Source of the DNA: Cystobasidiomycetes sp. EMM_F5
Taxonomy: Eukaryota
Length of the DNA stretch: 34,281 bases
Assembly (NCBI GenBank): GCA_051047955.1
Contig: JBPGPT010000036.1
Coordinates: 124,001-158,281 of the forward strand
Reading direction: 5' to 3'
Part shown: positions 27,373-34,281 of the stretch, in pieces
How the letters are laid out: each line of letters starts with the position of its first letter
Numbering within the stretch: position 1 is the stretch's first letter
Translations under genes and position numbers: made by a program
The notes under the pieces: model-generated
The model's input: only the letters and a program-made list of their open reading frames with translations
The model's database searches: none
Told to the model about the DNA's origin: nothing

Positions 27373-28426
27373 ATGACCACGAAGCACAAGAGGTTCAATG
27401 CAGGCAACACTCCCGACGGGGTAGTTGCAGAATATGCCAGAGAAGAGGCAGACAGTTCGGCAACAGGCAGTAGAAGAACCATGCAAATGTCTGAGCCGGA
27501 CAGCAATGACGATGAGAGCGATGCTCCGCAATCAATTAGCAAGAGTACTGCTCGGAAGACATTGAAAAGGCGAGATCAAGATGTGCAAGAGTAAGTAAGC
27601 AAGCTGCGCCGACTGGTAAAAAGACAAAGGCAAGCCTGAGCGAATGGCACTGAACTGACCTTGTATCACACATAGGGCTAGAGCTGCAAAGAAGCATAAG
27701 AGCAGGCCATCAATCGCTGCCGGCGACCTATCCTCGTCGTCGTCGACTACTGCAAGCAATAAACTCGATCCGCGGCTGTTCGCCCAAGCGAGCACTGCTG
27801 TTGCAGACATGCAGAAAAGTGTGAAGAAGCGGGAAGCTGTCGCCAGCATGCGCAAAGGTGTAGCACCCAAACATCAATTCACACGCCAGGAGGATGTAAT
27901 CATAAATGAACGTCGGGTGTTTAGGTATGTTACATGCCAACAAGCCGCCGGCGGTACGCTGACTATGCAAACACTCAACGTCTCATCAGCTCAACCGGCA
28001 GTACAACATTGGAGCAACTGTATGACCCTCCCAGTAAAGGCGCCGGCACGATTGTCAATAAAGTCACTGCCATGCCGTCGATTTCTTCGCAGAAGTTTCT
28101 AAACACTCGGCTCTATAAACCGAGAAGGAGCCCTAAGAGCGCTCAACCTTCGACAAAAAGCAAGCAACCACCCTCTCTACCGGCAACGTTGTTTGATCCG
28201 CTTTTAGACGGAAAAAAACGAGATTACAAACTACGCACAAACCGCAGAATAGCTGAAGTCGAGCGCAGGAACCGAGGAAGGCAGCAAGGTGAGTCCCGAA
28301 CGTCGATAGACCTGCCCACATTCACCTAATTAACACACATTTTCACATGTTCTAGCTACGACCGCGTACACGAAAGCACAGATTAATTCGATAACACCAG
28401 GCTGCATTCTTGGCTTCACTTCTTAG
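27373..28426 (+). CDS. Hypothetical Lys/Arg-rich protein, possibly nucleolar (Bud21/Utp16-like); 3' end uncertain
   Basis: Four exons joined by GT-AG introns. The acidic DDESDAPQSISK motif is followed by basic helices and KLDPRLF. Family resemblance is weak, and the last exon could use a later acceptor (~28500). Confidence 0.55.
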
Positions 28427-29362
28427 TGCCTCCAGTCGTTTCTCCAATCCAATCAATGTATCGTTAGAGAGCTTGATTTCTTCTTGATGTTTGTTGACAG
28501 TACCGTTTCAAATCGCGCAGAAACCTCCTGTTTTATGGCAGGCAGATTTGCTTTGTGCGAAGCATCGTGTCAAGCAGCGCTCCAACGTGCGGCGTTTGCT
28601 GATTATTCCTAGTCCGGCGGTCAGCCGTTGGCATGGAGAACGAGGCTAGCTCGCCGTCGCGTTGGCTATGTAATCCGCCGGCACATCAAATCAACGCCCG
28701 AATACTGTATCCTATTCTGTAGCTAGCTCACCACCCGGCGAAATTTGAGCGGCTCATATTGACTAGAATATTGTTTGTATTTTTATGGTCACCATATCAT
28801 GTTTTTTCCTTGCACTAGCTGAGCCACCGCTACATCATGTCTATTTGCCGCAAACTGTCTGGCTCCATCCATGATGTTTTTGGAACACCGCTGTTACCAT
28901 CATGCGGCTGCGGCGCGACTGCGACTGTAAGCAGTTGAGACACACTGCAGTACAGAACCGCTACAGTGTTCATTAGTTTAGCAATAAGACCTCGTTCTCT
29001 CAAAATGCGCTTTGGCGTGACTCTCCGCAACGAGAGACAAAAAAACGAATGCTGACCGTAATAGCAACTCATCGAATCAGTGTAGACGAGAAGCAATGGA
29101 AAAAAAAAGATGTCTTGTTACTGATTGAATATGAGACGTTCTAAAAACCGATTTTTTTCAGCAAAACGTTATTGCCAATGTTGCTGTCACAGCTGTTGTA
29201 TTGTTCCCTCAACGGATTCGGTTGTCTGAGAAAACTGACTGACATATTGCGTGCGCTCGTATCCTGCTGTTCTCACCCGCTACAGACAAATGAAGGAAGA
29301 CGTTGTGAAAGAGCCAAGAGAGTTTGAATCAGGGTCAGAGCGTCATACATTGCGGCTCCTAT

Positions 29363-29406
29363 GCGACATTTGAGTTTTGACACGGCGACATTTGAGCTTT
29401 GAGACG
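29363..29406 (+). repeat. Two-unit 22-nt tandem repeat
   Basis: GCGACATTTGAGTTTTGACACG / GCGACATTTGAGCTTTGAGACG, 20/22 identical. Confidence 0.85.
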
Positions 29407-31330
29407 GTTTTACCATTTAACAGTACCCCATAGCAATGAGACGATATTTAATCTGTTGTCAGCTCAAACAGTAGCACGCATTCTCTCCCTTAATGGCACG
29501 GCACCTCATCAGATTTGTGTTTCCGGCGCCATCCTTCTACGCTTGTGTTCTAGTATGAATCATGCTCGAGTGCGATGCTAAACTTTGTACTGGAATTTAC
29601 GCCACTATCTCACTGTCGAAGGCCGATGCGTGTTGCTACAAAGTTTACGTGACGTTGCTTAAAGTCGCAGTGCGAGAGAATTATATTCACTCTTTTATAG
29701 AAGTGTTGGACAACGGAATTGAGACAATGCAAGTGTCCTATTAAGTCCAAATTCTGAGTTGCGGACTTGGGTGGTGGTTATTTAGCTTTGCCCAAAAACC
29801 TGCAGAACGTAGCTATATAGATTTACTAGTTTCGTTATTTTCTGACCAGACATCTATAAGAGTCTTTCGTTTTGGAAACCACCTGGATCAGGCCAGGGAT
29901 GTCTATGTAGTCCGCTCTATGCTGGGTGTTTTAAACGAATTGAAGTGGAGCGCGACAATATCAGGCTGAACCACATCAACGGACCGATGTAACCTGATAG
30001 ATCAGAGACAGAAAAACAAGAAAACAGAGAAAAGCTGCCGAACATCGCCGATGACTTGTAGTCTGGTCGACGAAAATAAAAGTGCCCACCCTATTTTGCA
30101 TTCGCGAACATAGGACCCGAACTGAATTCGGTACAGATTAACATAGTCTGCGGGAACGGAAGTAGGGTGTCGTCAGTGCGGGTAATACCGAAGAGACTTA
30201 ATGTGTGATAAGGCTTCGGACTACGGAGCGCCGTAATTTGGTCGATTTGACGCATGGAGTAAGACAAGGCAGGTTTGAGTATGCATTGAAACGGAAGCTT
30301 CATGCTGTCCCAGCTGACTGTAGTTCTGCACAGGCGTTTTTACGTGAAGGTACGTCGCACATGTTTGAGCGTAAAGAACAGCTCCGTCGAATCTGAAAGG
30401 GCAAAGGCAATAAAGACAAGACTACCGACCTCCAACCCCACAGAACCAGTGCCCTCCAAGGATCTGCTGAGTGTTCCTGTTCTCATTATCAATTTAACAT
30501 CGACCTGGAATCGCAGTTCATTTTTGTCCGCGATTTTTCAAAACTACGAATGTGCACGCTGCTGCTTTTCTGCCCAAACTTTTTATGTACTGCATGCGCG
30601 CTGTCATTTTGTGAGAGATGTCGTACAGTACTACGATAGAGAATAATAAAATGATTTCGATCCACCTGAACTCTTTGCAGTGACATCGTCGAGAATAAGT
30701 GCTTTCATTTCAGGCAGTCTCAATACGCTTCAATCTTGCTCTTCAAAAGGAACACTCGAACAAGGGTAGAAAAAAGACATCAAACTGCAGTACCTCGCGA
30801 CAGACCAGACATTGGTTTTGCAGTTAACAGATCGTCTTTATTCAAGAGTACCCGCAATTACGGAATCTGCGAATACATCTTACGACACCACGCCGATACT
30901 TCCTTCTCTCAAAAGCTGCGTCTTGCTGAGATTGAGGATACTCTTCATACAAACAAATGTTCAAATCTATCACAGAATGGTCTTGTCAAGTACCGTGGGA
31001 GCGTTATTGCCTAGTGCCGAAGCTGACTATATCGCTATGAACAATCTCGTTCGGAATATTCAGGAGAGCGAAGGTGTATTCCAACGTTCTCACACTCATT
31101 CGTGCGTACAACAAATCAGCTATAGCACTCACTCGCTGAGAATAATACCAGTCGAGATGCCACGAAGCATACTACGCTGAGTTATCATTGCAGTCAACTG
31201 CTCAATGACAACACAATGACTCTATCATGAATCGACACAACAGCCAACCCGGCTGATATCTAACATCTTACCTCAGCATGTCTTCGCAGTTGGCATAGAA
31301 TCGCGCGACACTTCTGTGGGAGCGGTGAAA

Positions 31331-31489
31331 GAACAGTTTGGCTGTCAAACAAGCGTTGTTAGACTGCAAACGAATGCAATATGCGTTTCTCAGCAATATG
31401 TCAGTAACTTGCTTGCTTGCACTAAAAAATGGTGTTAGATAGTGGTCAGCTTTTGTCTTCTCATCAGTTGATCACTCCGAGCCTTAAAG
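31331..31489 (+). repeat. Diverged LTR-like repeat copy A (probable solo LTR)
   Basis: 31331-31355 matches 32024-32048 at 23/25. 31417-31489 aligns by hand to 32116-32187 at 53/73 columns. Confidence 0.75.
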
Positions 31490-32187
31490 CTGCTATCATC
31501 GAGTCACTGCCGTTGCGTGGCCGTCTTGGGGCAAATCATGGCAGTGATATTGATAGACGCTCTTCCACAGATGAGTTTCACACCAGATCTTCTGTCGCAT
31601 CACGATCCTACTGCTCGCAATGCACAGCCTCTCATTGTTTCTCGTTTTGAATAGCTACCAAAAGTCTCGAGCACTTTCCTTGTCGGCGTACCGCCACAAG
31701 TGGCATAGCTAGTAAAAACGTCATATAAGACGGTTCTGGCTGGCGCACCAAGGAGACACCAGGCAGACATGCACGAAATGAGCTGTGAAACGTCCGTTGT
31801 CAACCTTTATGGTAGTCGTTGACGAATGCTCTCTCAACCAATCCACCACTTTTCGTGATATTGAAGGTTCGAAATATGATTCGATGCGATTGGGTTCCGT
31901 ACGATGCGGGGAAAACCCTGATGCCTACCCTCATCTCTGCTCATCATTTACGCAGTTGAGAGCACATCGGCAATGTTGTCCGATCTACTGATGAGTGAAG
32001 TATAGAGGTATGTACGTCGGAACGAACAGTTTGACCGTCAAACAAGCGGAGCAAGAAGACGTCAGGTGTCAGTCAAACGCGACATGCGTTTGTCAGTAGA
32101 ACGTGAGTCATTAGTTTGCATAAAAGTCGATGTAAGTTAGCGGTTAGCTGTTGTTCTCTCATCAATTCATCAATCCAAACTTTGAAA

Positions 32188-32199
32188 GGTTATGAGCCC
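32188..32199 (+). promoter_or_regulatory. Primer binding site complementary to the anticodon arm of initiator tRNA-Met (Ty5/copia half-tRNA type)
   Basis: GGTTATGAGCCC is the reverse complement of GGGCTCATAACC in the fungal tRNAiMet anticodon stem-loop. It sits exactly between the repeat and the gag-like ORF. Confidence 0.85.
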
Positions 32200-32878
32200 C
32201 GACCTTCAAAGTAAAGATCCAATCAATATGTCCTCAAAAATTAAGATCTCCAATCTCCTTATTCCTGAACAATTCCACTTTAATGAAAGTAATCTATCAG
32301 TTTTCAGTGGAGCTTTCACCCTGCTGCTCCATACGCAAGGTTTACAATACCTCGTGGACAGTGCAGTGACTAAACCCCAAGGTGCCGACGAAAAGAATGA
32401 CAAACTCGTTCTATCAAGTCCTTGTGACGAATATCTCTGACACCGCAAAGAATATGTCGCAAAACATGACCCTGACAAAAAGCAGGCATGGTTAGCAATC
32501 AACACATTTTACAAAGACACCAACACAGCCGTTGTCATGAATTTGGCTGTTGAACACAGCATGATGCGATGGGCGGGTGGAGATAAAGATAGCTTTGATG
32601 ACTGATTATCAAGATTCCAAGGCGTAGCCAACAAACTCCTGCAAGCTGGCCTCAAATACGAGGATTGGCAATTAGCAATCATAGTACTCTCCAAGATCCC
32701 TCGCGAATATTTAAACTACAATGTCGCTGTGGACTCTCTCAAGCCATCCGAGCGGTTTTGCTCGCTGACGATTAACATTGTGAACATCACGAATATGTTT
32801 GCTACTTCTGAATTATGGGTTTATCGGCAGTCCAGCAGCTCTTATTACAGTAGATACCAACACGCTCTGTTACATTAA
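32192..32878 (+). pseudogene. Copia-type gag (Retrotran_gag_2/UBN2-like) pseudogene
   Basis: One frame read through TGA at 32438-32440 and 32603-32605 gives ...KKQAWLAINTFYKD...MRWAGGDKDSFDD*LSRFQGVANKLLQAGLKYEDWQLAIIVLSKIPREY..., the helical pattern typical of copia gag. Confidence 0.75.
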
Positions 32879-34215
32879 TTAGCTAGAGCGCGTGTTCGGA
32901 TGTGTTATTGACGATGGTCATTCAGCCTGCGTAAGTTGGATGAGATGTGACACTTCTTATGCTGATTATGTTGGTGTCATGCGATCAGGTGAAGAACCGG
33001 AGTGCGCTAACAGGACTTACAAAACGACAGACGCAGTATACTAAAGCCGGCAGACCAGATCTTTTGAACTTTGTATTGAGCTAACAGCTAAGACCAAGAT
33101 ATGACAGAAAAGGCCGTAAAAAACAGGGTGCTCTTCTTGTTCTATTCATACTCATCACACACGCTCTGAGCGCTGATAGAGAATAAATGGCACCACCAGG
33201 GTAGTAATGCAATGCGAACTAATCGATTGTGATACGTCATCCATCTCTCGGTTCATCGACGACCTAGCGGCGGGTACCCCTAGATACACAACATTGTGAG
33301 GATGGACCCCGGCATCTGTAGTGTTCTGCATGTTCTCTCCCTGGCTCGCAGACAAGATGATTCTGCTGGTAGTTGTGGCTCATTATTTTAGATTGATTCA
33401 CGCTCTATTGGTATTCGATTCGAAGCATCAAGATTTCGCAACTCATGCGTCTCAAACCTGTTATGACATATGTCCTATTCTTTCGGTCAAAACAAGTGTT
33501 TCAAGTGCATAAGAAATATTCTTAGCAGATTCACGTTATTAGCCTGAATTTGTTAGACCAGACAAACTAAGCACTTCTGACAACATTGTTTAGACTTTAT
33601 CGGATCACTTTTTATGGGATGCTTGACCATCGGACTAGTGAAATAATATCCTTGTCCGCAACTATGGCAAACTGAACACATGAGGTTGACTAAATTTTCT
33701 GGCAGAATTTCCAAATTAGGATCCTGAAACAAATGCTCCGAGTGCGGAGCGAGTTTCTAAAGAATAGACCGCATATTTTCATCTGAAAGAAGGGGCTGGG
33801 TTCACTATACTGGTCTAGACAAGAGTCTCATTCTATCGAATAAAATGTGCCAAAAAGCGCTTGAATTGTAAAATACGGCCGACCGAAGCTGTATGTATTA
33901 TTTTGATTGAGACAGCATTTTTACATTTTCGTAAAAATGTCCGTAACCCGTGATATGCACAAACTGGGCGTGAAACCAGAGCCACAGCACTCGGTGCAGA
34001 AACAACTCCAAAAGCTACAGTCATTTTTGACGAGATTGGTAGAAACTGAGATCTTGCTGTGCCAGGCATTTAAGGTTTTTTTTCGGCTGTCTGCGGGGTA
34101 TCGTTTTAGTATGGGGTTTCTTCTCACATCACACAAGTTTATCCGTGCAGAAGACTAGTCACTTTGGAACAATTAGGAAGATGTCTTCCTGATTTATGCA
34201 CTGCAGTATATTGGT

Positions 34216-34281
34216 ATGCTAAGAACCTTCAAATTCTGAGCTGATGGATTGATGAGGAGACAACAGCTGACGACTGATTTA
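34216..34281 (-). repeat. Inverted LTR-like repeat copy C with degenerate PBS, truncated by the window end
   Basis: 34224-34281 aligns to the reverse complement of ~32133-32191 at 44/59 columns. On the minus strand the repeat is followed by GGTTCTTAGCAT (8/12 to the PBS). Confidence 0.75.

Larger units (their letters stand above)
32011..32878 (+). mobile_element. Decayed Ty1/copia LTR retrotransposon 5' fragment (LTR copy B + PBS + gag remnant)
   Basis: An LTR-like repeat ends at ~32187 and is followed immediately by GGTTATGAGCCC and a gag-like frame. The left boundary is approximate (TGT at 32011). No pol sequence was recognised. Confidence 0.8.
28427..34281. other. Gene-poor, lower-GC region containing retroelement relics
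   Basis: No convincing spliced gene in ~5.9 kb. Hand-picked spot G+C counts are 16/60 (29101-29160) and 19/60 (33481-33540) versus 41/60 in a genic line (18901-18960); these are illustrative, not averages. Confidence 0.75.

Noticed and set aside
29363..29406. Direct repeats as a CRISPR array
   Set aside because: There are only two abutting units with no spacers and no cas genes, in a eukaryotic context.
29936..31180. Short ORFs in the gene-poor region as possible pol or host gene fragments
   Set aside because: I could not identify RT, integrase, RNase H or other motifs by eye, and stops are frequent. A translated HMM search would be needed.
32438..32605. Two in-frame TGA codons in the gag-like frame as selenocysteine or programmed readthrough
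   Set aside because: The context is a truncated, decayed retroelement with no SECIS or readthrough signal seen. Ordinary nonsense mutations (e.g. TGG->TGA) are the simpler explanation.
33731..33780. KCSECGASF*RIDRI resembling a C2H2 zinc finger
   Set aside because: It has an in-frame stop, no histidine ligands and no surrounding ORF. The DNA is a short GCTCCG/CGGAGC palindrome and the resemblance is probably chance.

Overview
Eukaryotic, intron-rich fungal genomic DNA, most likely from a compact-genome basidiomycete (inferred from short ~55-70 nt GT-AG introns with CTRAC branch points and the protein sequences). Bases 1-28.4 kb are gene-dense with 14 spliced protein-coding genes: phospholipase C, an amidohydrolase-family hydroxybenzoate decarboxylase, ASA1 WD40, DUF2458-like, AhpC/TSA thioredoxin-like, a J-domain membrane protein, an OCH1-like GT32, an SDR, SmE, a hypothetical, VMA7, RPD3, SPF1 and a basic nucleolar-like hypothetical. 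From ~28.4 kb to the end the sequence is more AT-rich and has no intact genes. This part holds a decayed Ty1/copia element (LTR-like segment, intact tRNAiMet half-molecule primer binding site GGTTATGAGCCC, stop-interrupted gag) and two further ~73-75% identical copies of the same LTR-like repeat, one inverted. That makes it a candidate centromeric/heterochromatic region, which is an inference. Other points of note are two GC-AG introns, hairpin-containing long introns (notably in the SmE gene) and a candidate structured RNA at the boundary. All gene models were spliced by hand and no database searches were run.
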